A stretch of 64,000 bases of DNA from an uncultured Gemmatimonadaceae bacterium. Its GTDB lineage: Bacteria > Gemmatimonadota > Gemmatimonadetes > Gemmatimonadales > Gemmatimonadaceae. Position numbers and translations under genes: made by a program. Below the pieces are notes generated by a model. That model did not search any database. It worked only from the letters and a program-made list of their open reading frames with translations, and was not told the DNA's origin. The stretch spans positions 192,001 through 256,000 of the forward strand of contig CAWBOC010000005.1 in assembly GCA_963790305.1 (NCBI GenBank), given 5' to 3'. Positions 38,701 to 48,328 of this stretch are shown one piece after another (within the stretch, counting starts at the first letter, position 1; each line of letters opens with the position of its first letter).

Positions 38701-40305
38701 TCAGTTACTGAGCCGGGGCACGACCCAATTCGCGATCTCCCCCATGACATCCGGCCCGATCTTCCCGCTCGGCAGTCGCACGTATCCCGCGGGATTCCCG
38801 ATCGAATCAGGGAGAAAGAGGTGATTCCGATTGGGGAGAACACGGACGGTCACGTCGCGGTTTCCGGCTTGCCGCAGGGCCGCGCCGATCGCTTCCGCCT
38901 GATCGGCCGTCACCTGCTGATCGGTCGCGCCCTGCAGAACCAGCACCGGCACCTTGACCTTCCGGATCGTCGGCAGTGGCTCGTACGCCAGGAAAAACTT
39001 CATCCACGGCGGCGGCGCGGCGGTCGTGTCGGCGGCAATCCTCGAGGCCGCGAATGCAGAGTCGCGTTTGGCCGGTGCGATCGAGGAATCATGCTCGACG
39101 CCATACCGAATCTGATGGTCGAGAACTTCCCGCCCGCGCTTCGACGGTCCGGCCATGAGGACGATCCCCGCCAGCTTCGGATCTGTCGCGCCCACCATGG
39201 GCGCGATCATCGCTCCCTCGCTGTGGCCGAGCAGGGCGATGCGCGCCGGATTGACGTCAGGCCGCGCGCGGAGCCACGCGATCGCGGCGCGCACGTCGTC
39301 GGCAAAGTCGGCTGACGACGCCTTCGCGAAGTCACCGGTGGACTCGCCGGTGCCACGGTCGTCGAGGCGCAGGACGGCAATGCCGCGCCTGCCTAACGTG
39401 TCGGCGATTTGCCGGAACGGGCGGAAGCCCGGGACGATCGGGATGCTTTCGTCGCGGTCCTGCGGTCCGCTGCCCGAGATCGTGATGACGACGGGAAGAC
39501 GACCGCTCGCGCTCCCAGGAATCGTCAGCGTACCTGCCAGCACGTGTCCGGACGGCGTGGGGATGCGAACGTGCTCGGCGCGATAGGGCGCCCCCGCTGG
39601 GGCGGAGTAGTCCGGCTTCCCGAGCGCGAGCCGGCGAACGGCCTCCCCCTCGACCCGCTCGACGACGAGCCGTTGCGCGGGAACGTGCGCGCGAAGGATG
39701 CGCGTGCCGCGCAGGGCGAGGTGGGTCTGTGAGGGACCGATCGTCACGATCACCGAGTCGGGTGACACGCGACGCGCCGTCGCCGACAGCGTCTGGCCGC
39801 CGGCAGCGAGCAGCACTGGGAAGGTGACGCTGTCGCGGTTCGCGCCGCTCATGCGCTCCAGCGCCACTTCGGTCATGCCGAAGGAGCTGTTGAGCATCAG
39901 GAACGCGTCCGCCTTCGAGGGAAGACGCTGGGTCTGCGTGCTGCCGCCGGCCGTGATCTCGGCGATGCCGGTGTCCGCGACGAGCCGCAGCCTGACCGAC
40001 TGAAGGGCGGACGCGTCCGGCCCGCTGCCCGCCGGGTATGCGACGAGATACAGCTCGCCAATGCGGCCCGCCGCCTCACGAGTCGCGAGGTAAGTGAAGC
40101 GAGGCTGCCCCTGCAGCAGGACCTCGCCGGAAATTCCGCCGGTTGACGAGTTGAATCGCTCGATGCCGATCGTGTCGGTGCCCATGCGAAACACGAACGC
40201 CGCCTCGCCGGCAGTCTGCGCGCTGGCGGCCGACGACACGACCGCCAGTGCGCAAAGAACCTTACGCGCTACGCGTAGTACGTGGTCCGCGCGCTTCTCA
40301 AACAT
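38701..40305 (-). CDS. Secreted alpha/beta hydrolase with extra N-terminal beta-rich domain
   Basis: PDYSAP.GAPY, GSGPQDRDE, GHSEGA, RNHLF. Paralog of 13540-14586. Confidence 0.88.
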   Translation of the reverse strand: MFEKRADHVLRVARKVLCALAVVSSAASAQTAGEAAFVFRMGTDTIGIERFNSSTGGISGEVLLQGQPRFTYLATREAAGRIGELYLVAYPAGSGPDASALQSVRLRLVADTGIAEITAGGSTQTQRLPSKADAFLMLNSSFGMTEVALERMSGANRDSVTFPVLLAAGGQTLSATARRVSPDSVIVTIGPSQTHLALRGTRILRAHVPAQRLVVERVEGEAVRRLALGKPDYSAPAGAPYRAEHVRIPTPSGHVLAGTLTIPGSASGRLPVVITISGSGPQDRDESIPIVPGFRPFRQIADTLGRRGIAVLRLDDRGTGESTGDFAKASSADFADDVRAAIAWLRARPDVNPARIALLGHSEGAMIAPMVGATDPKLAGIVLMAGPSKRGREVLDHQIRYGVEHDSSIAPAKRDSAFAASRIAADTTAAPPPWMKFFLAYEPLPTIRKVKVPVLVLQGATDQQVTADQAEAIGAALRQAGNRDVTVRVLPNRNHLFLPDSIGNPAGYVRLPSGKIGPDVMGEIANWVVPRLSN

Positions 40306-41647
40306 CGGGAATGTTGGGATTGTTGTTTCGCTCGACGGCCGGCAACGGGAAGCAGCGCTGGTCGCCGTAGAGTCCACCGCGCGGGAACGTCGCACCCACG
40401 GCGGGGAGCAGCGGCAGGTTGAGGCGCCGCATGTCGCCCAGCCGGTGGCTCTCGAGGAACAGCTCGCGTCGCCGCTCCTCGCGTACCTGCGCGAGCACCT
40501 CGGCTTGCGTCTTTCCCGTACCGTCATACGCCGGGATGCCCGCCGCCGTGTGCAGCGCGTTGATGATGGTGACGGCCCCGGTCAGATCGTTGGCCAGTGC
40601 TTTCGCCTCCGCCTCGATCAGGCGCGCTTCGTTCGTCCGCGCGAACGGAATCGGTGACCCGAGGTTCGCGTACTTCCGCTGTTGGCGGACGATCGTGGCG
40701 TTATCGGCGCCCACGGCGCCCGTGTTAAAGACGGGCACGCGCGGGTCCAGCACACCGGCGAATCGCAGGCTGTCGAACGTCGGGTCGACGGAGGAGAAGT
40801 TTGTCGAGCCAGTGCCTCCGCTGTGCGCAAAGACAATGTTCTGCTGTCGGTTCGTTCCCGTAACGAGCGCGACGGCGTTCACGGCAAAGCCAGCCGGAAT
40901 CTGCGCCGCGAGAGCGCCCGCCTGCGCAACGAGCGTGAGATTCGGATCGTTCGGGTTGGCGGGCGTCCCTGCGTACGCGAGGTTCAGCACCGTGCGCGCC
41001 AGTCCCAGCCGCGCGAGTCTGAGCGTGATGCTGTCGTTGGCGGTTGTGGCGGCGGTGATCGCCGTGTTGAATCGCGTCTGCGCTTCACCGAAGAGCTGCT
41101 CCGGCGTCAGCTCCGGTCCCACGTTGATCGCCGCGCTGCACATCCCTTCGCCTAACAGAACCAGGCTGTAGCCCGCGTACGCCGCGGCCTGTCCGATGAG
41201 CTGCGTGCGGTTCACACCGGGCACCATCTCCGCATCCGTCCACTCCTGGAGTCGCGCGAGGACCGTGTCGGCTGACGCGCGAGCGACCGAGAGCGACGTG
41301 TACACGCCCGGGAGCTGCGCGCCACCACAGCCGTCCGCGTACGGGCCGGTGAGCGGGTGGCTGCGTCGGTCGTAGTTGTCCTGCGCTGCGTTCGCGAAGG
41401 CATTGACGAGCTCATCGCCGAGCAACCCTGCGGCAGTCGTATACCGGAAGAGCGCGCACTCGAAATCTCCGATCGCGCCATTGACGAGCAGCGTCGCGTT
41501 TCGCGGAACGTACGCGTCGTTGGCGAGGATCTGCGACGGGTTGTCCTGCTCGAGATTGGTGAGATCATCGCAGGCGAATAGGGCGACGGCTAGCGGCAAC
41601 ACCACCAGCGCGTACGACGCCTCTCTCCCTCGAAAAAGGGTGCGCAT
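40298..41647 (-). CDS. RagB/SusD-family nutrient-uptake lipoprotein
   Basis: Lipobox LFAC; EARLIEAEA, ERRRELFLE..R..D.RR, FPLP..E..NNPN. Confidence 0.92.
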   Translation of the reverse strand: MRTLFRGREASYALVVLPLAVALFACDDLTNLEQDNPSQILANDAYVPRNATLLVNGAIGDFECALFRYTTAAGLLGDELVNAFANAAQDNYDRRSHPLTGPYADGCGGAQLPGVYTSLSVARASADTVLARLQEWTDAEMVPGVNRTQLIGQAAAYAGYSLVLLGEGMCSAAINVGPELTPEQLFGEAQTRFNTAITAATTANDSITLRLARLGLARTVLNLAYAGTPANPNDPNLTLVAQAGALAAQIPAGFAVNAVALVTGTNRQQNIVFAHSGGTGSTNFSSVDPTFDSLRFAGVLDPRVPVFNTGAVGADNATIVRQQRKYANLGSPIPFARTNEARLIEAEAKALANDLTGAVTIINALHTAAGIPAYDGTGKTQAEVLAQVREERRRELFLESHRLGDMRRLNLPLLPAVGATFPRGGLYGDQRCFPLPAVERNNNPNIPDV

Positions 41648-41649
41648 GA

Positions 41650-44600
41650 TCAGAATCCGAGGTTGAGGGACACGACGAACTGCGTGAGCGCGGGCAAGAG
41701 ACCTTGATCCTGCGGAAAGGACCCCTGCGTCGGTGGGACGCCCGTGTAGCGAACCTCGGGATCTGGTCCGTTGAAGTCGGTCCAGGTTGCGAGGTTGCGT
41801 CCCGCCACGGTCAGCGCCGCGGTCGCAATGCCGGCTCGACTCACCCAATTCTCGGGCAGCCGATACGTCGCGGAGATCTCGCGCAGCTTCACGAACGAGG
41901 CGTCCTCAATGAACTGATCCCCCACGCCAGCGGTCGTCGATGAGGGGGCAATCCCCGCGAGGTACGCCGTCGAGTACCGTTCGGGGAAATGGCGCGCTTC
42001 GCAGACGCCGAAGGCGCAGGCGTTCGCGGCGTTCGCGTTCTGTAAGTTGTGACCCCGCTTGAAGTCCACCATGCCGTACAGCGTTAGGCGCTGGCCGATC
42101 GAGAACGTGTTCGTCACATTCCCCAGGACCTTCGGCGTCTGCGTCCCGACGAAAATGGGAAGGGCTTGCGCGCAGGGGACCGGCGTACCACCGGATGGCC
42201 CGGCCACGCACAAGATGTTGGTGATCGCGTGAGTCGCGGGATCGCGCGTCGCGCTGGCAATGCGCTTCGTCCACCAGCCCGCGATCGGGTAGCCCTCGAC
42301 GTTACGAATGGCCCCAGCACCGGACGGGACGCCGCCCATGTCTTCGATTCGGTCCTTGTTGGTGCTGACGTTCCCGCCGATCTCCCACGCGAAGCGGTCG
42401 AGCGTGATCGCTCTGAAATTCGCCTGAAGCTCGATCCCACTGCCGCTCGTCTCGCCAATGTTGACCGTCTGATCCCCGGCGAACCCACCCAATGGCGCGA
42501 GCTGCCTCGTTAGGATCGCGTCCTTCGTCCGCCTCGTGTAGTAGGTGAAGTCCAGGCTCAGGCGATCGAAGAGGCCCGCCTCGAAACCGGCTTCCCACTC
42601 CGTCCCGCGCTCCGGCTTGAGATCCGGATTCCCGAGCGAGCCCGGAGTCACGCCCGGTATCCCGTTGGCGCGCGGTGCATTGGTCACCGTGCGAAGCGCA
42701 ACAAACGTGTTCGGCTGCTGGCCGGATTGTCCGTATGCGGTGCGGAGCTTCAGGGTATTGACGACATTGCCGAATCCGCTCCAGAACGACTCCTCGCTGA
42801 TCACCCACGCGGCACTGACCTTCGGGTACGTGACCCAGTCGAGGTCTTCGCCGAACGCCGAGTTGTTGTCGACACGCACGCCGGCGGTGAGGAAGAGGCG
42901 GTCGTTCCACCCAAACTGCTGCTGCCCGTAGACACCCATGGTCGTGTTGACGATGAGCTCTTGCGTCGGCGTACCGGCGACTGTCGTCCCCGAGACGGTT
43001 TCAACGCCTGGCGCGGGGAACCGCTGACCCGACAGCGCGCTGTTCTTGAGCTGCTTTCGCACCCACTGTCCGCCAACCGACGTCGCCGACGAGATCGCTG
43101 GGGTAATCGCGAACGTCGCCGTGCCCGAGTAGTCGCCCGTGATGTAGCTGTGGTTGCGCAGCGTCTGCGTGATGCGCCCATCAGCGGCGGCTGCTCCAAC
43201 AAGCGCCGCCACGAATGGCCTGAGCTCAGGCGGGGCGAATCGCTCGAGCGCCCGGCTGTCGTCCGAGGTGTAGTCGAGACCGAGCGTGAGCCGGTGGGCG
43301 AACCAGCTGGCCGGCCGGTGGTTCAGTGTCGTCCCACCGGTGAAGCGGTTGATGTCCTGAGCATTGTCGTAGAGCTGCTGCGGGACTTCCGGCGGCGCGA
43401 AGCCGAACCCGCGATTGGCGGGAAAGACGAGCGGATGGCCAATCGACATTCCCAGCAACGGTGAAACGCCCCCGTCGGTGCCGAGGTGAAGGTTGCTGCG
43501 CACAAAATGCAGGGTGGCCCCAATGTCGATCTTGTCGGTCGCCGCGGTGCGGACGTTCGCGTGGGCGCTGAACGTCTTTCCGAAGTTGTTAGGCTCGATT
43601 CCTTCATCGTCGTTGTACGTGCCCGACAGGTAGTAGGTCAGTTGCTCGCGTCCGCCCGAGAGCGCGAGGTGATAGGATTGCGTGCGGCCGGTCGAGAACA
43701 CCGGCGTCCCGCGATCCTCTTCCTGCTGGATGGGATTCCAGGGAACGATCTCACCCGCGGTGTTGCGAGCGTAGTTGGTGGTGATGCGTCCCTCGGGATC
43801 CCGGAACCATTGCGCGCCCTGCTCGGTGCGCACCGTCAACCGTGCCGGCCCCGCAACGCCTTTCTTGGTGATGATCTGGATCACCCCGTTCGCCGCTTCC
43901 GTCCCGTAGATGGTCGCCGCCGCCGGACCTTTGATGATCTCAATGTCCTGGATGTCCTCCGGCGCGATGTCGTTCAGCCGTGACGCGACCTGCGAGTTTT
44001 GCGCGCCGAGCGCGCCGGCACTCGGCGGCCCTTGATTCACGGCGTTGTTCACCCGAACGCCGTCGATGTATACGATCGGCTCGTTGGAGAGCGATAAACT
44101 CGATCGGCCGCGTATCCATACCGTCGGCCCGGAGCCGACACGCCCCGAGTTGGGCGCGATGATGACGCCCGGAGCGCGCGACTGAAGCAGCGTGCCCAGG
44201 TTCGGCGCCGCTGAACGCTCGAGCTCCTGGGCGGCATCGATCGTTGCCACGGTGTTTCCAAGGCTTCGGCGCCGCTCCCCGATACCCGTGCCCGTCACGA
44301 CGACTTGATCGAGCTCGACGGCCGCCTCGGTGAGAACGATGCGAATGGCGATTTCGCCGACTCGCGCGACTTGCGTCGCCGGCTGAAAGCTCAGTCGGCG
44401 CACCTCGAGCGTGACCTGGTCGCCGGAAAGTCCGGTGATCCGGAAGCGGCCGGCCGCGTCGGTCGCGGCGCCGAAGGTCGTTCCCTGGACGCGGACATTC
44501 GCGCCTTCGACTGGGGTCATCACGCCGGCTTTGACGACCACGCCGGCGACCGTCCCCTGTTGTGCGGCGGCAATGACCGGCGCGAGAACGACGAGTGAGG

Positions 44601-44673
44601 CGATGCCCAACGTGGCGCGCCACCGTGAGTTGGCCGGGTGGCCGACAGCGCGGATCGACGAGAGAATGCGCAT
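41650..44673 (-). CDS. SusC/RagA-family TonB-dependent outer membrane transporter
   Basis: N-terminal carboxypeptidase-regulatory-like domain, VVVTG TonB box, IEIIKGPAAATIYGTEAANGVIQIITK, LGNPDLKPE, SFVKLREIS, terminal F. Confidence 0.95.
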   Translation of the reverse strand: MRILSSIRAVGHPANSRWRATLGIASLVVLAPVIAAAQQGTVAGVVVKAGVMTPVEGANVRVQGTTFGAATDAAGRFRITGLSGDQVTLEVRRLSFQPATQVARVGEIAIRIVLTEAAVELDQVVVTGTGIGERRRSLGNTVATIDAAQELERSAAPNLGTLLQSRAPGVIIAPNSGRVGSGPTVWIRGRSSLSLSNEPIVYIDGVRVNNAVNQGPPSAGALGAQNSQVASRLNDIAPEDIQDIEIIKGPAAATIYGTEAANGVIQIITKKGVAGPARLTVRTEQGAQWFRDPEGRITTNYARNTAGEIVPWNPIQQEEDRGTPVFSTGRTQSYHLALSGGREQLTYYLSGTYNDDEGIEPNNFGKTFSAHANVRTAATDKIDIGATLHFVRSNLHLGTDGGVSPLLGMSIGHPLVFPANRGFGFAPPEVPQQLYDNAQDINRFTGGTTLNHRPASWFAHRLTLGLDYTSDDSRALERFAPPELRPFVAALVGAAAADGRITQTLRNHSYITGDYSGTATFAITPAISSATSVGGQWVRKQLKNSALSGQRFPAPGVETVSGTTVAGTPTQELIVNTTMGVYGQQQFGWNDRLFLTAGVRVDNNSAFGEDLDWVTYPKVSAAWVISEESFWSGFGNVVNTLKLRTAYGQSGQQPNTFVALRTVTNAPRANGIPGVTPGSLGNPDLKPERGTEWEAGFEAGLFDRLSLDFTYYTRRTKDAILTRQLAPLGGFAGDQTVNIGETSGSGIELQANFRAITLDRFAWEIGGNVSTNKDRIEDMGGVPSGAGAIRNVEGYPIAGWWTKRIASATRDPATHAITNILCVAGPSGGTPVPCAQALPIFVGTQTPKVLGNVTNTFSIGQRLTLYGMVDFKRGHNLQNANAANACAFGVCEARHFPERYSTAYLAGIAPSSTTAGVGDQFIEDASFVKLREISATYRLPENWVSRAGIATAALTVAGRNLATWTDFNGPDPEVRYTGVPPTQGSFPQDQGLLPALTQFVVSLNLGF

Positions 44674-44744
44674 TGGCGTGGGACGGGTAGGAGGTCGGCC
44701 AGCGCGCGGCGGGCGGCCGGGCTGGCTCCATCGCTGCGACCAAT

Positions 44745-44756
44745 ACTGTATACAGT
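44745..44756. promoter_or_regulatory. Putative GntR-type operator ACTGTATACAGT
   Basis: Perfect 12-bp palindrome with TGTATACA core in the divergent susC/GNAT intergenic region. It lies downstream of a minus-strand TTGCGC-N18-TAATAT promoter-like element (44800-44771). Confidence 0.6.
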
Positions 44757-44868
44757 GCGGCGTACACGCTATATTACGCCTCCCGCGCGACGAAGCGCAA
44801 GACAAGTTTCTGGACGTCCGCCCGCCATCCAGCTCCTTTTCCTCGCCCTTACAGCGCGCGAAGACCAC

Positions 44869-45756
44869 ATGCAGCGAGCCCGCACTCCCGCGGACCCCGA
44901 GACGCACGACAACGCCCTGCGCGGACCGGATGGCATCACCCTGCGCCGCGTGTCGGGACTCCGCGAGTATCAGGAGTGTCTGGCCATTCAGGAAGAGACC
45001 TGGGGGAACGGGTTCCGGGAAATCGTGCCGCCGGTGATCCTCATGGTCGCCCAGAAGCTCGGGGGGGTGTGCGCCGGCGCGTTCGCTCCCGACGGCCGCA
45101 TGCTCGGCTTCGTGTTCGGGATGACCGGGCCCCTCAACGGCCGGCTCGTGCACTGGTCGGACATGTTGGCCGTCCGCGCCGACGCTCGGGGCGGCCACAT
45201 TGGGCAGCGACTCAAGCTGTATCAGCGCGATCTCGTGCGCGCCGTGGGCGTCGAGACCATGCACTGGACCTTCGACCCGCTCGTCGCCCGAAACGCTCAC
45301 CTCAATCTCACGCGCCTCGGCGCACGAGCCATCGAATACGTCCCCGACATGTACGGAACCAACACGGGCAGTCCGATACACGGCGCCCTCCCCACCGATC
45401 GCGTGATCGTCGCCTGGGATCTCACCAGACCGCCTGATCCCGTCGAGCGCACGTCGCGCCTCGGTCTGCTGGTGAACCCGCCCGCGGCCGACGGTCTGCC
45501 GTCTCTCAACGGCCTGCTCGACGCGTCGGTCGTTCGCATCGCCATCCCCACCGACCTGGAGGCGGAACCGGGCGAGCGGCGCGCCGTCTGGCGTCAGGTG
45601 ACCCGCGCGGCGTTCGAGTCGTACCTCGGTCGCGGGTACGAGGTGGTCGGCTTCCGCCGCGGTCAGGGAGACGAGCTGCCATCCTACGAGTTGTCGCCAC
45701 GCGGATTGCCATCCTCGACGGCTGTCCCGACTGAATTGGTACATGCTGCGCGTTGA
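44869..45756 (+). CDS. GNAT-family acyltransferase (D-amino acid N-succinyltransferase-like)
   Basis: HWSDMLAV, IGQRLKLYQR, WTFDPLVARNAHLN..RLGA, LPTDR...W. Coupled to the OSBS/NSAR gene. Confidence 0.85.
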   Translation: MQRARTPADPETHDNALRGPDGITLRRVSGLREYQECLAIQEETWGNGFREIVPPVILMVAQKLGGVCAGAFAPDGRMLGFVFGMTGPLNGRLVHWSDMLAVRADARGGHIGQRLKLYQRDLVRAVGVETMHWTFDPLVARNAHLNLTRLGARAIEYVPDMYGTNTGSPIHGALPTDRVIVAWDLTRPPDPVERTSRLGLLVNPPAADGLPSLNGLLDASVVRIAIPTDLEAEPGERRAVWRQVTRAAFESYLGRGYEVVGFRRGQGDELPSYELSPRGLPSSTAVPTELVHAAR

Positions 45757-46894
45757 GCGGATCTCGCTGCGCGAGATCCGGCTCCCGCTGCGCGAGCCTT
45801 TCCGGATCTCGAGTGGGGTGGTCGACGAGCGTCGCATCGCGCTCCTCGAGATCGTCGACGCCGACGGGGTCGCCGTATGGAGCGAGTGTGTCGCCGGCGA
45901 GCACCCGAACTACAGCTCCGAGACGATCGATACCGCATGGCACGCGATCACCGAGTGGGTTGCCCCGCGCGTGCTCGGGCGGTCGTTCAGCGATGTGCGT
46001 GACGTCTTCCCGGCACTCGAGCGCGATTTCCGCGGACACCTGATGGCGAAAGCCGCGGTCGAGATGGGAGTTTGGATCCTGGCCGCCGAACGGCTCGGTA
46101 CCTCGCTGGCCAATCTGCTCGGCGGCACCCGATCCCAGATCGCCACCGGCATCTCGCTCGGCATCCAGCCCTCGCCCGAGGTGCTCGTAGAAAAAGCGCG
46201 CGCGGCGTTGGCGTTAGGCTATCGCAAGGTGAAGATCAAGATCCAGCCGGGCGCCGACATCGCCTACGTCGGCGCCGTCCGCGTGGCGCTCGGGCCAACG
46301 GCGCCGCTGATGGCCGACGCGAACAACGCCTACACCATCGCCGACGCCGAGCACCTCGCCCGCCTCGACGCCCTCGAGCTGATGATGATCGAGCAGCCGT
46401 TTGCGTTCGATGATCTCGTGCAGCACGCCGCCCTTCAGCGCCGCCTGACGACGCCGATCTGTCTCGACGAGTCCATCACCTCGGTCGACCGCGCGCGCGA
46501 CATGGCGGCGCTCGGCAGCGGACGCATCGTCAACATCAAGCCGGGACGCGTCGGAGGATTCACAGCGTCACTCGCCATTCACGACTTCTGCGAGACGAAG
46601 GGGATTCCCGTCTGGTGCGGCGGTATGCTCGAGAGCGGTATCGGACGCGCCTGCAACGTGGCGCTGGCGTCGCTCCGCAACTTCACCAAGCCGGGCGACG
46701 TGAGCCCGAGTGCGCGGTACTGGGAGCGGGACATCGTGACGCCGGAATGGACGATGAACGCCGACGGAATGGTTCGCGTCCCGCTCGACCGGCCCGGCCT
46801 GGGCGTGGATGTGGACCTGGGACGCGTGGACGATCTCACCGTCCGAGAAGCGAAGCTCACGGCTCCGAACCGGGCGGCGACCGCTCGAGTTTAG
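45743..46894 (+). CDS. menC: o-succinylbenzoate synthase / N-succinylamino acid racemase (enolase superfamily)
   Basis: KIK, DAN, IEQP, LDE, NIKPGRVGG, WCGGMLESG, PGDVS; resembles the NSAR/OSBS subfamily. Confidence 0.88.
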   Translation: MLRVERISLREIRLPLREPFRISSGVVDERRIALLEIVDADGVAVWSECVAGEHPNYSSETIDTAWHAITEWVAPRVLGRSFSDVRDVFPALERDFRGHLMAKAAVEMGVWILAAERLGTSLANLLGGTRSQIATGISLGIQPSPEVLVEKARAALALGYRKVKIKIQPGADIAYVGAVRVALGPTAPLMADANNAYTIADAEHLARLDALELMMIEQPFAFDDLVQHAALQRRLTTPICLDESITSVDRARDMAALGSGRIVNIKPGRVGGFTASLAIHDFCETKGIPVWCGGMLESGIGRACNVALASLRNFTKPGDVSPSARYWERDIVTPEWTMNADGMVRVPLDRPGLGVDVDLGRVDDLTVREAKLTAPNRAATARV

Positions 46895-46951
46895 CGCGGT
46901 TGCCGAAGGACGCGCTTCCCGCCGAGCGGGGGGGACGCGAGATTCGGTGGC

Positions 46952-47788
46952 GTGTCCGAGCTACCGACCTACACCGCCACGCGATACCTGCAGCCGCTCC
47001 GTGAAGGCGGATCGCTACCCGCTGTGGTCGATACCGACGGGGGCGGGCTGTTCGTGGTGAAGTTCCGCGGAGCAGGCCAGGGCGCCAAAGCGCTCGTGGC
47101 CGAGCTCATCGTCGGAATGTTGGCCCGCGCGCTGGGCCTGCCGATACCGAGCCTCGCGCTCATCGAGGTGCCCGCGTCGTTCGGGCGCAGCGAGCCCGAC
47201 TCCGAGATCCAGGATGTCCTGCGAGCCAGCCACGGCGTCAACGTCGGCCTTCGATACCTGGACGGCGCATTCAACTACGACAACAGCGCCGCCGGCGAGC
47301 TCATCACGGCCGAGCTGGCCACGCGTGTGGTCTGGCTGGACGCGTACGTGACGAACCCCGATCGCACCCATCGCAATCCCAACGTGCTGATCTGGGAGCG
47401 CCGCCCCTGGCTCATCGACCACGGCGCAGCGCTCTACGCGCATCACGATTGGCCGACCGTCGACGACGCACGTACCCTCACCCCTTTTCCGCGAATCCGC
47501 GAGCACGTGCTGCTCGGCCGCAGCGCGAGTCTCGAGGCGACCGACGCCGACCTCGCCGCGACGCTCACCGATGAATGCATCACGCAAGTCTTGATGAACG
47601 TGCCCGACGCCCTGCTCCTCGATCCCACGCGCGGGCAGGAATTCACCGCGGGAGACGACGCACGCGCTCGTTACTTCGACTACCTGACGCGACGGCGCGA
47701 TGGACCGCGCGTCTTCGTGCAGGAAGCGGCCCGCGCGCGCATTCACATGCGCGACACGCCACCGCACCGCCTGTCGGCGCGTCGATGA
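46952..47788 (+). CDS. HipA-like kinase
   Basis: PLREGGSLP, VVKFRGAGQG, NPDRT.RNPN, WLIDHGAAL. Confidence 0.85.
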   Translation: MSELPTYTATRYLQPLREGGSLPAVVDTDGGGLFVVKFRGAGQGAKALVAELIVGMLARALGLPIPSLALIEVPASFGRSEPDSEIQDVLRASHGVNVGLRYLDGAFNYDNSAAGELITAELATRVVWLDAYVTNPDRTHRNPNVLIWERRPWLIDHGAALYAHHDWPTVDDARTLTPFPRIREHVLLGRSASLEATDADLAATLTDECITQVLMNVPDALLLDPTRGQEFTAGDDARARYFDYLTRRRDGPRVFVQEAARARIHMRDTPPHRLSARR

Positions 47789-48186
47789 TGCCTCGATCGC
47801 GCTCGGTTTCCTACGACTTCGCGGTGCTGCGCGCCGTGCCACATCCGCATATCGGCGCGTTCGTTCCGGTGGGTGTGGTGCTGCACGCGCGCACCGTGGA
47901 CTACCTGGGGATGCGCTCCCTCACCGACATCGACGAGCTTCGAGCGCAGGTGCCCGAGGTGGACGCGGAGCTCCTCGCGCGGTACCTGCGATCCGTGCGC
48001 GCCATCTGCGACGGCGATGAATCCGCCGGCCCAGTAGCGCTGACACCTCCCTCCGAGCGCTTTCATTGGCTCACGGCGCCGCGGTCGGACGTCATCCAGA
48101 GCTCGCCGATCCACGAGGGCGTGTGCTCCGATCCGGAGCGGGAGCTGGATGCGCTGTTCAGGACCTACGTGAGGCGGGGCGCCTGA
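47785..48186 (+). CDS. DUF3037-family protein
   Basis: YDFAVLRAVP, VGVVL, ERFHWLTAPRS.VIQ.S..H.G; ATGA overlap with the kinase gene. Confidence 0.88.
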   Translation: MMPRSRSVSYDFAVLRAVPHPHIGAFVPVGVVLHARTVDYLGMRSLTDIDELRAQVPEVDAELLARYLRSVRAICDGDESAGPVALTPPSERFHWLTAPRSDVIQSSPIHEGVCSDPERELDALFRTYVRRGA

Positions 48187-48189
48187 CAG

Positions 48190-48323
48190 GACAAGGGGTC
48201 AGGAGTCAGGAGTCAGGGATCAGGGGGTGTCAGGGAGAAGGTTCGAGGAGTACGACTCGCGACTCCTGAAACCTCTTCCCTGACACCCCCTGATCCCTGA
48301 CTCCTGACTCCTGACCCCTTGTC
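48190..48323. repeat. Perfect 47-bp inverted repeat built from GGAGTCA-type heptamers
   Basis: 48190-48236 GACAAGGGGTCAGGAGTCAGGAGTCAGGGATCAGGGGGTGTCAGGGA is the exact reverse complement of 48277-48323; the 40-nt spacer is partly paired. Confidence 0.95.
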
Positions 48324-48328
48324 TCACA

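Noticed and set aside
44674..45837. About 390-aa N-terminal extension of SusC (1395-aa ORF)
   Set aside because: Antisense shadow of the GNAT gene; the signal peptide starts at 44673.
45743..46894. Menaquinone biosynthesis locus
   Set aside because: No other men genes; coupling to the GNAT points to the racemase role, although bifunctionality is possible.
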